63,575 nucleotides of DNA, filler included, from Octopus bimaculoides (GCF_001194135.2; 5 parts of 5 records of this genome joined end to end with filler, not necessarily neighbours in it); one strand, 5' to 3'; shown: positions 36,461 to 49,352, counted from the first letter of the whole stretch. Program-made: numbers and translations. The notes: generated by a model not told the origin, from the letters alone.

Positions 36461-36652
36461 CATGCGCGCGTGGACAAACGATGGCTGGATGGTTGGACTG
36501 ATGGATGAACAGGCGAATGGATGGACGGACAGACAGATGATGGACAGACTGACGGACGGACAGATGGACAGACGGATGGAAGGACAGATAGACGGTCAGA
36601 TGGATGGATGGATAGATGGATGGATGGATGGATGAATGGATGGATGGATGGC
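36417..36652. repeat. Compound (GT)n / (GGAC,GGAT)n microsatellite
   Basis: Directly visible. Confidence 0.9.
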
Positions 36653-37011
36653 CAGACTATGAACATTTTGAAATCCAAGTTCTTAGAGAAAGTTGAATAT
36701 AAGAAATGATAGTGTTCCTATAATAGATAGTATTTTCAGTAGAAAAGAATTACCGCCTGCATGATAACTTCGCAAATCTTTGTCAGATCGTTCTCTCACA
36801 ACATTTTATTCGAGATTTGGTGACATTAATGAGATTTATGACATGTTCAGATACAAAATCTCTTTATAATACACACACTAAACTGATGTAATAATTACAC
36901 TATTATACCGATTTCTGACAAAATACATTATTTATGTAAGCTGACGAGTATATTTCTTAAGAGTTAAGAATTTCATCAATATATCATTATGTAACTTTCA
37001 ATGTTTGAGTG

Positions 37012-37054
<43 letters not shown>

Positions 37055-37570
37055 NNNNNNNNNNNNNNNNNNNNNNNNNNNNNNNNNNNNNNNNNNNNNN
37101 NNNNNNNNNNNNNNNNNNNNNNNNNNNNNNNNNNNNNNNNNNNNNNNNNNNNNNNNNCACACACACACATACATGTTGTTTAGCTAAAATAATCTAGTTT
37201 GGTCAATATTTGGTCAATATTACCCCATCAGAACCTTTACAGATTCTGATGGAGTAATTACAAGGTAAACATAACAGAAATGGCAGAGCAAAAAATCTTG
37301 CTGTATTTTATTTAGATATAGTTATTTTACTTATTTTAAAATCTGTAGATGTTGGCTTTGTGCCAATGTAACAAAATTAAGATTTGCTTTTAGAGAAATC
37401 GACTTCCTAAAAGTTGCAGATCTTGGTTTTTCCCTTTATCCCGCCTGAAAGAATGAGGTAAGAACTAGTCAAGTCCTGAAGTCAAAGCAACTAACGAAAA
37501 TCCTTACCAAAGAAAATGTGGCCCTGTGCCAATGTAAACAAAATATATTTACATAAAGAAATCAACTTAC

Positions 37571-37629
37571 TTAAATCCGGTAACTAATACTGAAATGAAA
37601 CCTGGTGTATCTTTATACACTTCAGTTAA
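37571..37629 (-). CDS. Host gene exon: middle of SEA domain (LTEVYKDTPGFISVLVTGF-K)
   Basis: Strong acceptor ttttatttctttttttccag|TTA and donor TTT AA|gtaagt. 59 nt, phase 0 to phase 2, fitting both neighbours exactly. Confidence 0.9.
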
Positions 37630-38629
37630 CTGGAAAAAAAGAAATAAAAATATTTACAATAAATTCATTGTTTCTTGACCTAGGGCTGATCAGTAAATAC
37701 AATATTAAGATTTTAAGCGAATTGAGATGAGAAGATATAAGCTCACACATTCTACCTCTCTCTATCACATATGTAATTTCTATGCATTCATGTTTCATTA
37801 AAAATGTACCCCCTTCCCTCGAAACGTTATTGTTTCTTTAGAAGTAGGTCGAATTAATCTGAAAATTATTTGTATTTATTTTATCAACATTGTATGGAGG
37901 AAATTTTTACACAGATATGCTGAGTGCAAATCAAGATTAAAAAGAAAAGCATATATTTTTGCTTCTATCTTTCGAGTCAATGCTGCTGTTCATATAATTA
38001 ATAGTTCCTTTGTGGGCACACATCCACAACCTATCTATCAGAAGTCAGTTGCTTTCTTGACAAGGATATTGTACTTCTCAATAAATTCTAGATATTAATT
38101 AATATGCTAAACAGCAAAATTCTTAATTTTGTATCTGAAATATTGTCACATATTTATTGTCACACTTATGGCCACCAGATAGCTATATTCGACGTTATTA
38201 GTTGAAGAAGCGTTTAACATTCTCTATATCTAAGCTGATAAAGTATAAATATGTTCACATCGTTATCCTTACCACAGCATCACTTAATGTTTACAAGATT
38301 ATTTTAAATACGTTAGGTAATTGAAGAATCTATATTATTAGAGTTGACTTTCTCTGTCCATCCACCTGTTACATGCGCACATCAAGATGATTTTTTATTT
38401 TCAAATCAGACGGGAAGGCAATGCCTGTAGCACCGCAACCTGGTATCCAAGGCGCAACCAAGTGTTAAATCATGCGACGGATTAAGTTTACTACCCAGGT
38501 AGGCTGTGTCGTGATTTGAAACTCAGATGGCAAAGAGACGGAAGAGATACCGTAAGACACGGTTCGTTACGCTTTCATTTTCCTTACCCCTATATAGGAT
38601 GAACGACAAAAAGTGACTGCTAATTTACT

Positions 38630-38995
38630 CGTTGTTATTGTTGTTGTTGTTGTTGCCTTTGCACAGCTTCTAACACTGGAGATGTATTACAATATCAGCT
38701 GTTCACTACCAGTGAACTAAGGTAACACCTCTTATTGTTCGAGCACCTTCCAGAGTATTCGAGCGGTTCCAAGCACAAGCAGTACTGTTTTCTGCAAGTG
38801 CTCCACCCTTATTGCAGCCCCTATTTATTCCACGTACTTCTCAAGATTTTTGCTCACTGTTCCCAGGGCTCCGACAATTATTGGTACTACTGTTACCTTT
38901 TTCATCGACCACAACTGCTTAACTTCCCAAGCTAACCTGTCATATCTCTCGACTTTTCTTTCTTCCTTATCGTATACTTTGTTATCAGCTGGGCA
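38630..38995 (-). mobile_element. Dong/R4-clade LINE 3' end with UTR and (AAC)n tail
   Basis: IACPADNK...VTVVPIIVGALGTVSKNLEKY...VEHLQKTVLLGTARILWKVL*. Confidence 0.88.
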
Positions 38996-38998
38996 TGC

Positions 38999-39053
<55 letters not shown>

Positions 39054-39057
39054 TATT

Positions 39058-39660
39058 ATTCAAATTCCGCCGAGGTCGACTTTGCCTTCTATCCTTTCGG
39101 GGTCGATAAATTAAGTACCGGTGAAACACTGGGATCGATGTAATCGACTAGTCCCCTCTCCCCAGATTTCAGGCCTTGTGCCTATAGTAGAAAGGATTAT
39201 TATTGATATTAAGGCGGCGAGCTGGCAGAATCGTTAGCACGCCCGGCGAAATGCTTAGCGGTATTTCGTCTGTCCCTACGTTCCGAGTTCAAATTCCGCC
39301 GCGGTCGACTTTGCCTTCTATCCTTTTGGGGTCGATAAATTAAGTATCATTTGAGTACTGGGGTCGATGTGAACGACTGTCCCTCTCCCTACAAAATCCA
39401 GGCCTTGTGCCAATAGTAGAAAGGATTATAATTATAATTATTATTATTATTATTATTAAGGCAGGATTTTTAACGCAGCAGAGAAAATGCTCAGCGGCAT
39501 TTCGTCTGACTTTACACTGTGAGTTGAAATGCTGCCGAGGTCCATATTGCCGTCCATTCTTTCAAGATTGATAAAATAAATAGCCATTGAATACTGGGGT
39601 CGATGTAATCGACTAACCTCCTTCCCACAAACTTTTGGCCTTGTGCCTAAAGTAGAAAGG

Positions 39661-39711
<51 letters not shown>

Positions 39712-39958
39712 GTTGTTGTTGTTGTTGTTGTAGTTGTTGTTGTTAAGGCGGCGATGTAGCAGAATCGTTAACACGCCGGGCAAAATACTTAGTGGTATTT
39801 CGCCCGTTTTTACATTTTGAGTTCAAATTCCACCGAGGTCGACGTTGCCTTTCATCCTTTCAGGGTCGATAAATGAAGGACCAGTCAAGTACTGGGGTCG
39901 ATGTGATTGACTTACCCCTCTCCACAAATTCCAGGCCTTGTGCCTATAGTAGAAAGGA
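39058..39958 (+). mobile_element. Train of four head-to-tail family A SINEs (39058-39197 partial, 39211-39425, 39458-39660, 39745-39958)
   Basis: Each copy ends in tagtagaaagg followed by (ATT)n, and the next begins aaggcgg or aaggcag. Confidence 0.92.
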
Positions 39959-40059
39959 TTATTATTATTGTTATCCCGCCTCCATTGCACTGTTCCTTTC
40001 TCGACCCTATACCACGTCTACAATATATTTAGACTACTCTATCCTCATATTTACTAACC

Positions 40060-41330
40060 TCCTCTGAGAAGACCAGAGTTGTAACAGCAGGCTGTGCTGT
40101 AAAAGGCTGGCATGGGTACTGATACTGCAAACACGTTGTAGGTCACCGTTTTATTGCATGTAGAGAGTTCTGACATCCACATTTTTATTATCCCTCAGTG
40201 ACACGTTCCTTGTTACAGACAGCATCATAAGATATGCTTCTTCTATCTCTAGGTATCTATTGTATTCCTCATTAGATATCGGAGAAACGGTCGAGTTATT
40301 GATGGAACTGCTGTTTGTCTTGCCTGGTTTACAGTTTTTCCTTCGTTTCACAGCCATAGAGGAACATTTATCTTGACCAAAATCCAACCCAATCTCCTCT
40401 GAGAATGTCGTAACCAGTTCACGGTTCTTTTTCATATCATGCCTATTCCTGGCATACAGTTTCAAGCCATCTTCAAAGAAGCAGTGTTTAATCATGTAAT
40501 CTTGGAATGTAATTTTGGTGCTTCTCTCTTCCTGTGAACAAACGAGATACCCTTCAGACAGACTTACCATAAATGACAAGAGAGTTACTGGAAGAATGAA
40601 TTACATCACATGAGACTGTCTCCTTGAGATAAACCTCCGCAATTCTGTATTTTATCAGCAATGACACAATCAGTCCTCGACTTCAATTTCAAGATGGTGG
40701 CCCAAGATGAAGTCAAGTCAGCTTTGGCTTTGACTACGTTATCTAGAACTTTAACTAGGCGAAGGTCTTCTAGTATACGTCTTCTAGTATACGTCTTCTA
40801 GTATACGTCTTCTAGTATACACAAGTGAGATAGAGTCACATGCTTTCTTATAGTCCAGCCACATTGAAACCAAGTATCTCATATATCGCCGCACCTTTGA
40901 CATCACAGTTTTGTTGATCAGAATTGTCCGGTTCACTTTCAATCTCCTTTCTTCTCAGTTGTTTGTTCTACTGTGATGATAATATTTTCACAATGGCTTT
41001 GGAGGAATAAGTTTAAACAGGCTGTATATACTTTACACATTAAATTCTGACAAGCAGTTGGTAGGTAGTTCTTTGCTATATGAGTGGTTTTGTTTTGGGG
41101 AATAGTTTTGCTTCTGTCAGAGTTAACATCGAGATCTTACTGGTACAAGTTGACAAGATACAGTTGGTAGAAAGTTAACTTCTTGTATCAGTATCCGGCA
41201 ATCAAGTCTCTTCTTGTCACTTTTTCATCCTAGAGTTTTTTAATTACAGTCGCAAGGGTAAAAAGAGACTGTTTACTTTTTATGATGTTTCGCTTCCGTT
41301 CTGTAACTGTGTCCTTCATGTTGACGTGTC
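40060..41330 (-). mobile_element. Dong/R4-clade LINE RT remnant
   Basis: NYLPTACQNLMCKVY, DYKKAC and HCFFEDGLKLYARN...TFSEEIGLDFGQDKC. Confidence 0.8.
40765..40820. repeat. Four perfect copies of 14-bp gtcttctagtatac
   Basis: Directly visible, inside the LINE remnant. Confidence 0.95.
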
Positions 41331-41601
41331 CAGCCATGTTGTTTGCAGCATCTCACTGCATGATAAATTCAAATTTAAGACGAAAATCACTACGATCTTG
41401 ATTAAGAGGTTCCCTCAGTCAATGCATGTGAAGATCAACCATTTATTTAGCAGGGTTGATATTGTGTCTACAAAGTCGGAGATAATATTTTATCGTGTTT
41501 TTGATGAATAGTGTCCCACACCATAAATGCAACTTGTCGCTTCGTGATTGTATATACGTACGTATGTATGTTTGTATGTATGTAGGTATGTATGCATGCA
41601 T

Positions 41602-41635
<34 letters not shown>

Positions 41636-42160
41636 CATGAGTGCTTTATTGTTTTCGCTAATTCAGCTTTCTTCACACTCACAACCTCTTCTTTTTCCAT
41701 TTTTCATTTATTCTCTTGGGATCTTACGACCCCCATTTTCAATTGATTGGGTACTAACTTTCACCTCTCCTTCTCTTCAGTTGATTTCCTCATACTAGTT
41801 CCCACATCACGCACACTATCGATTTTCAATATCGCATTTTCCCTCCAAATTATTCTCTTTGTTTTTATTTTATTTAATAGCCGTGCATACATATATTTTT
41901 CTTTCTCTTCAAAGAAGCACAAGTATTCGAAACGTTGTGTTTTCACTCCTCACAACAAACTATTGCACCTTATTTATTAGCTTTGACGATATGGAATGAC
42001 TTCATTATATTTTAGAACATAATCTTCCATTTAACACAGTAAATCATAATGAGAGGGTTTATAATATTGTAGTTGAAGCTAATATTTTTTAAAAACTGGA
42101 TTTTCATTTTTATCTTTAATTTATTATTGCACATAAATATTTAGAAATAGTCAATTTTAC

Positions 42161-42270
42161 CTCTCCAGTAATATTTTGCGCCAACGTTCTGTAAAGAAGA
42201 GAGTTGTGATCGAGTAATGTTGTATTGAATGTTGCGTTGAATGACATCTGAAACGGGAGCTCATATTTGG
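42161..42270 (-). CDS. Host gene exon: N-terminal third of SEA domain (TKYELPFQMSFNATFNTTLLDHNSLLYRTLAQNITGE)
   Basis: Acceptor tttcttttcag|CC and donor GAG|gtaaaa. 110 nt, phase 1 to phase 0. Matches the SEA pattern F-N-x-x-L-x-D-x-x-S-x-x-Y-x-x-L. Not in the ORF track. Confidence 0.88.
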
Positions 42271-43369
42271 CTGAAAAGAAACAACAATACAGTTGAAAAA
42301 TGCTCAGTATAACATGCTTTTCGTTTTACACATCAGCTTTTCCAAGCTTTGCACAAACTTTCTCAAGTGAAATTGAATTGCTATTTATGTAAGTCTTGGA
42401 AGGAATAAAACGAGGCTCCACTTAGCAGTTACTATATATAACAAGTAACTTTGCCTAGCTTTAGAATTATCCAACATGAAAGAAGAAAGGAAAGCACAAG
42501 AGAAAAGTTTGATGTAGGATGAAAATATACAGATACAAAAATTAACACGAAGGTCGCCAAGCTTATATAGTGTACATAAAAGAGCTTACGATATTTATTA
42601 GAAGATTACAAAAATCCGCTTTTTTATTCACTCTTTACAACCCACATCCACATGACCTTCGTGAACCTCTTCAAAACCTACTCAGCAGAGACATCATACC
42701 CACATGTTTCAACTGCTCTAACATTATATCAATTCTTTTAATCATAGTCTTTTCCAATAAATTTGAGGTGAGGCTACGTATGAACAACAACAGAACAGAT
42801 AAAACACACACATGCGCACTGAAGCATAGAAAATACACAACAAGCCATATAACTGCATACAATGTGCAATGAAACATCACACATATTAGATAGAGCCTGG
42901 AGTGGCTGTCTAATTGTCTGCCTCTGTCTATCTCATTCTCATTATTTCTCCTTCTCTACTATTATCACAATCGTTCTAACTGTAAATCAACCATTTAGAA
43001 ACTTGTCACCACACTTACCAAATCCACTTTCCTTCTTCTCAGCACCAACATTAGACAACATTAAATACAAAACACCAATTACACTCAACAACACACATAT
43101 ACCACATAGACAAGACAATATATATATATATATTCGCAGTTATGAATGACATCACAAAAGCTTTTCCAGTTCAAATAGCTATACTACATTCAACATTCCT
43201 GAACGAATGTGCTTTAAGACAAATCTAATATATAGAATACTCCTGAGATCAAATATACTTTATTTTAAATACTAGCATTGTATTCAATGACTCTGCACGT
43301 GATCTATTACTATTACTCTACTGCTTTTAACTTTCATGAACGACTGTCATCTGAAACTATTAAGATATC

Positions 43370-43900
43370 ATGTCTATGACAAATATCTAATAATTTTTTA
43401 ATATCTGCTTTTGACAAACTGTTCACCAAAATTGTCTCCTTCGGTTTCAAACGCTGCCATCAGATCAGAGCAGATTTCCACCTTTATCATTTTCAAATTG
43501 GGTGTCAACTACTGAGGTACCTCTTTGCATACACTTTCCGATAACCAAAATCTTCTATCATCTTCTGTAATGCATTCTGACACAATCCACTTGTGCAGCA
43601 CACAATGCATTTCTTCCACTCGCTGGCGATTTGTATCAGTGATCCTAATTTATTGTTTCCCACCGTGTGGTTGGTCTTCAGTGCTAGTTTCTCCTTTTTT
43701 AAAGTTCTTCATCGATCTGTGAACATTATTCTAGTTAACAGAGTCATCTCCGTAAACAACCCACAACATTCAGACAGCCTGCACACCTCCTTCATCAAGA
43801 ACTCATTGCTTTTGCTTGGAAATCATTTTTTTTGCCTGCAATGGAGAAGATTTACTACAGAGGAGGAGTTATTCTACAAACACATGCAACTTGAGCCATC
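43370..43900 (-). mobile_element. Decayed mariner transposase fragment
   Basis: FKKGETSTEDQP, FGYRKVYAKRVPQ*LTPNLK..KVEICSDLMAAFETEGDNF. Confidence 0.8.
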
Positions 43901-45049
43901 CATGTAAGTTAATCAAAAAACTTATGTCAAATTTTGCATTGCTTTCGAAATAACCCTCTCAATTACACATCGATGATTCCTTTATAACATGTTGCCAGCC
44001 TTATTCTAGTCATCTCCTCCAAATTCATCACAAATCTCTCATCTACAAAATATACAAAAAAAAAAAAAAAACCCTTACAAACATCACATATAGTATATAG
44101 ACCCATACATACAGAACGACTGAACAACGAAACAAAAATATTAAAAATAAAGAACCATCTGGAAATGCGAGTGACACGGTTTGTGTCCGCAGCAAACTTA
44201 AACTCTTGTAGTCACTGCCTCTACACGAATACCACTTCCAAACGCACAGACATATGTACAATATCCAAGAACATCACATTATCCTAACAACTCTATTTCT
44301 TCCATTCAATTTAGACAATTACAAAAAAAAAAAATTACAAAAACAAAATATACACACAAAATATGCGGCAACATTAATAACCTCACTAACCCTAAATACT
44401 GATTAGATTCACAGCAGCAACAACAAAGGCAGACGAACATCAAAGGTCCCACTCTGACCGAGTTTAGATTATCTGTTTCGCGATGGCTACCACCAGAATA
44501 TACGAGCATGCCGGCATAGAATGGACAGCGGAGAGAGTACAATATATCTAGACTCTTACACCGCATCCTGTGGTATTCATCTATCACAGCATGCTGGTAT
44601 GTGCAATGTTGGTCCTCAGCTAGTCGGAGATCGGCGTGTAACAGGAAAACAGATTGTTGTATAGCGCCTAGTCAGTCATTCGATCGACCGACTGCATAAT
44701 AAGACTGTTCCATCAGAGACGATCTAGGTTTCATAAAACATCTAGCGGGTGCCTCGAACTAACGAAGGAATATACTGTATACATAGTTCCCAGATCTGCT
44801 AGATATAACAGTCAAATCTCAAACCTTATACATTTTATAGCATAACACTGTCTGAAAAGACTTGGTGGTCACGGTTAGAATGCTTTTGATCATAGGTATG
44901 TTCTATCAGGGTTAAAAGAAAAAGCCAACGAAGAAGCCTCTTTATAGCCGGTACACCTGCTAGGAATGGCAATCAAATTCCTTCTAATTATATCCAATCA
45001 TTTTAAGTAGGGAAAGGTCACATTAGATATTGTATTATTACATGTTAGT

Positions 45050-45260
45050 AAGGCGGAGCTGGCAGAATCGTTAGCATGCCGGGGAAAATGCTTAGCAGCA
45101 TTGCGTCCGTCCTCACGTTCTGAGTTCAAATTCCACCGAGTTCAAAATGCCGTTCATCCTTTCGGAATCGATAAATTAACTACCAGTGAATCACTGGAGT
45201 CGATGTAATCGACTAGTCCCCTCCCTGCAAATTTCAGGCTTTGTGCTTATAGTAGAAAGG
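45050..45260 (+). mobile_element. SINE family A copy with 16-bp TSD
   Basis: attattacatgttagt at 45034-45049 and attattacatgctagt at 45261-45276. Confidence 0.92.
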
Positions 45261-45929
45261 ATTATTACATGCTAGTTAAAAAACAGGACGATCATGGCTG
45301 GAATGCCTTTATCATAGGTTTCCTCAGTCAGGATTGACCTGGGGGCGAACAACAACAACTGCCGATATATATTTCTTAGTTGTTGAAAAGTTTAAATATA
45401 AGCTCACTCATATTGAGAGTCGAATTTTGAACTGTTAACACTTCAATTAGTGCCAATGAGAATAACATCTGTTATTCACGATTACACTTTAGATTATATA
45501 CTTAGTCATCAGTCATAGGAAAATGGGGTTCAGAGTGGTATCAGTTGCTCATAATACAACTTTATTAAAGACAAGGAAAGGAAATAAGGATGCAGTGTAA
45601 CATCTGAAATGGTCACAAGCTTAACAAATTTACTTCACAAATAACTACTTCATTCGGTTTCAAAACCTTCTGCAGAGCACCTTGGGAAAGTGTCTTGTAT
45701 TATAACCCCAGGTCAATAGAAGAGCTGTGAGCGAAATTTGGTTGGCAGAAATAGTATGGGGTTCCTATTATTGGTTAGTAGAGTTAATCTGTTGCCTGTT
45801 TTAATCCGAGACAAATCTGTTTCCCTTTTATCACCGTCTAGCTGAGGACCAATAATGCTCTCTCAAATATGTTGTGATGAATGACACGGAGTTCAATGTA
45901 AGAAACTGAAAAAATATATATATATTAAA

Positions 45930-46302
45930 CTCGACTCCGTCGGTCACGAATGACCATGGGTGCACCTAAAAGGTTCCCCTTCGCGATACAAGTCTGAGCG
46001 GAAAGTCGCCTCACCGGCGAACGTACAACCAAGGGTTGTTTTTATGGAAGACAACCCTTGCATGCCAGCCTCATTGTTTTTATGGAAGACAACCCATGCA
46101 TACCAGCCTCCTTGTTTTTATGGAAGACAACCCATGCATACCAGCCTCCCTTCTCCACGCCACCGATGTTATCCAAGGGAAAGGCAAAGGGGCCGATACA
46201 GCGTGGCACAAGGTACGTCACAACTCATTTCAACAGCTGAGTGAACTGGAGCAACGTGAAATAAAGTGTCTTGCTCAAGAACACAACACGCACCACGTCC
46301 CG
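45930..46302 (-). mobile_element. SINE-like element (another family) with a 3 x 38-bp internal tandem repeat at 46036-46149
   Basis: Minus strand gtgttcttgagcaagacactttatttcacgttgctccagttcactcagctg is SINE-core-like; the head is lost in the gap. Confidence 0.65.
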
Positions 46303-46689
46303 NNNNNNNNNNNNNNNNNNNNNNNNNNNNNNNNNNNNNNNNNNNNNNNNNNNNNNNNNNNNNNNNNNNNNNNNNNNNNNNNNNNNNNNNNNNNNNNNNN
46401 NNNNNNNNNNNNNNNNNNNNNNNNNNNNNNNNNNNNNNNNNNNNNNNNNNNNNNNNNNNNNNNNNNNNNNNNNNNNNNNNNNNNNNNNNNNNNNNNNNNN
46501 NNNNNNNNNNNNNNNNNNNNNNNNNNNNNNNNNNNNNNNNNNNNNNNNNNNNNNNNNNNNNNNNNNNNNNNNNNNNNNNNNNNNNNNNNNNNNNNNNNNN
46601 NNNNNNNNNNNNNNNNNNNNNNNNNNNNNNNNNNNNNNNNNNNNNNNNNNNNNNNNNNNNNNNNNNNNNNNNNNNNNNTATTTTAACAT

Positions 46690-47523
46690 GGGGTTGGACC
46701 GCCTTTGGCAGTAATTACAGCTTGAATTCTACAAGGTATGAGCTCGTACAAAGTTTGAATTGTTTCCAAAGGAATTTTTGTCCATTCTTCAGCTAAAACA
46801 GTCTCCAGTCCTTGTAGTGATGATGCTGGAGGATATCGACTCCTTACTTGTTTTTTCTAAAATGCACCATAAATGTTCAATAATATTGAGATCTGGGGAC
46901 TGTGGTGGCCAGATAAGATGTTCAACTTCACTAGAATGTTCCTCGTGCCATTCAGTAATAACTTTAGCTGTGTGAATTGGTGCATTATCATCCTGAAAGA
47001 TTGCGTTTCTCTCCGGAAATAGTTCCGCAACCATAGGATGAATTCGATCAGATAAAATGCTTAAATAGCCCTGACTATTAATTCTGCCACGAAGGGAAAC
47101 CACTGGGTCGGCGGATTTCCAAGATATAATCCCCACCCCCCAGATCATCACAAATCCTCCTCCATGTTTAACAGTTGGAAGAAGACAGTCTGGGTCAAAT
47201 GCTTCCTTTGGCTGTCTCCACGCGTATACTCGGCTGGTGGTCGGAAATCGGGTAAAGATGACTCGTCTGAGAAAATAACAATCTTCCACTGCTCTAGGTT
47301 TTTCTGAAGGTTTTTACTCCACTCTAAACGCTTGGCAATGTTTGTTTTTGAAAGTAGTGGTTTTCTGATTGCAGCTCTTCCATGAAATCCGGCTTTCTGC
47401 AGCTCCTGGCGAACAGTTTTTGTGGAAACTGGGTTCTCTAGGTGGTCAAGCCCTGCACTAACTTTGGGAGCTGTACTTTTGTGATCCTTTCTAACAATTC
47501 GCGTAAGAGTTCGACGGTCCCTA
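46690..47523 (-). mobile_element. Tc1 transposase (DD34E), nearly intact between two gaps
   Basis: VSTKTVRQELQKAGFHGRAAIRKPLLS, VIFSDES, TVKHGGGFVMIWG, FQDDNAPIH and WPPQSPDLNIIEHLW. One frameshift. Confidence 0.95.
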
Positions 47524-48438
47524 NNNNNNNNNNNNNNNNNNNNNNNNNNNNNNNNNNNNNNNNNNNNNNNNNNNNNNNNNNNNNNNNNNNNNNNNNNNNN
47601 NNNNNNNNNNNNNNNNNNNNNNNNNNNNNNNNNNNNNNNNNNNNNNNNNNNNNNNNNNNNNNNNNNNNNNNNNNNNNNNNNNNNNNNNNNNNNNNNNNNN
47701 NNNNNNNNNNNNNNNNNNNNNNNNNNNNNNNNNNNNNNNNNNNNNNNNNNNNNNNNNNNNNNNNNNNNNNNNNNNNNNNNNNNNNNNNNNNNNNNNNNNN
47801 NNNNNNNNNNNNNNNNNNNNNNNNNNNNNNNNNNNNNNNNNNNNNNNNNNNNNNNNNNNNNNNNNNNNNNNNNNNNNNNNNNNNNNNNNNNNNNNNNNNN
47901 NNNNNNNNNNNNNNNNNNNNNNNNNNNNNNNNNNNNNNNNNNNNNNNNNNNNNNNNNNNNNNNNNNNNNNNNNNNNNNNNNNNNNNNNNNNNNNNNNNNN
48001 NNNNNNNNNNNNNNNNNNNNNNNNNNNNNNNNNNNNNNNNNNNNNNNNNNNNNNNNNNNNNNNNNNNNNNNNNNNNNNNNNNNNNNNNNNNNNNNNNNNN
48101 NNNNNNNNNNNNNNNNNNNNNNNNNNNNNNNNNNNNNNNNNNNNNNNNNNNNNNNNNNNNNNNNNNNNNNNNNNNNNNNNNNNNNNNNNNNNNNNNNNNN
48201 NNNNNNNNNNNNNNNNNNNNNNNNNNNNNNNNNNNNNNNNNNNNNNNNNNNNNNNNNNNNNNNNNNNNNNNNNNNNNNNNNNNNNNNNNNNNNNNNNNNN
48301 NNNNNNNNNNNNNNNNNNNNNNNNNNNNNNNNNNNNNNNNNNNNNNNNNNNNNNNNNNNNNNNNNNNNNNNNNNNNNNNNNNNNNNNNNNNNNNNNNNNN
48401 NNNNNNNNNNNNNNNNNNNNNNNNNNNNNNNNNNNNNN

Positions 48439-48489
<51 letters not shown>

Positions 48490-48551
48490 CACATATATAC
48501 ACAGGGAGGAATCAACTCTGGAAAGTAATGAAGTGTGTTTTAGTTACTTAC

Positions 48552-49352
48552 TGATAACTGGCGCCATTGTTACTGGTGCGCTTGTGCTTACTGCTGGTCC
48601 CTTTGTAGTAATAGCTTGTACTGTATTCCCCTTTGTTATCGCTGGTGGTTCCGTTACGTTTGCTGTTGTATTGAAAGTAACACTTTGCGATTCAACTACA
48701 GTTGATGTTGTGTTGGTAGTGATGGTACTTTTGTCTGCTGAGATAGGAGTCGAGGAAATGAATGGAGTCGAAATAAAGCTCTGAGTTACATTGGTGCTTC
48801 CTTGAGATGTGTTCTGCATGGTAGGGGTGGAATTTATACTTGTTGTATCTGGAGATGATGAACTCGAAGTAGTTGTTCCAAATTCAATGTCTGATGTAGA
48901 AGACTGCAGTGTAGGGGACAACGTTGAAGCAGAAGAAGGAGAGAGAGAGGAAGTTAGAGAAGTGGAAGAAGGAAGAGAGTTAGAAAGAGAAGAGGTGGAA
49001 GGAGAAAGAGAAGTAGAAGAGGGAGGAGAAAAAGATGAAGAAGGAGAAGAAGAAGGAGAAGGAGAGAGAGAAGAAGAAGAAGAAGAAGAAGAAGAAGAAG
49101 AAGATGAAGAAGAAGAAAAAAAAAGAGAAGAAAGAGAAGAAGTAATAGTAATAGTAGAAGGAGTAGTAATTTCTGATGTTGAGCCAAGAATAGAGGAAGG
49201 TGATGTAACTGAATTTGTTGAAGCCACTGTATTTGTGGTTTGTCCATTGGTTATGGAGGAGAATGAAGTAGATATAATAGTATTGACACTATCTGTGGTC
49301 ACTGATGATGTTGTGGGGACAGAGACGCTTGTGTTCTGACATTTTACATTGG
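48552..49352 (-). CDS. Host gene exon: Ser/Thr/Pro-rich mucin-like stalk (probably includes the end of the signal peptide, xNVKC-QNTS)
   Basis: Acceptor ttctatttcaaacag|CC (AG at 49354-49353) and donor ATC A|gtaagt (GT at 48551-48550). 801 nt, open, phase 1 to phase 1. Translation NVKCQNTSVSVPTTSSVTT...APVTMAPVI is S/T/P-rich with N-glycosylation sequons. Confidence 0.85.

Noticed and set aside
37571-37589. 19-nt microexon using the internal tttcatttcag acceptor
   Set aside because: It starts in phase 1, but the upstream exon ends in phase 0. The 59-nt exon fits and completes the SEA domain.
48809-49339. 176-aa Glu-rich plus-strand ORF
   Set aside because: Antisense shadow of the Ser-rich exon; the splice signals support the minus strand.
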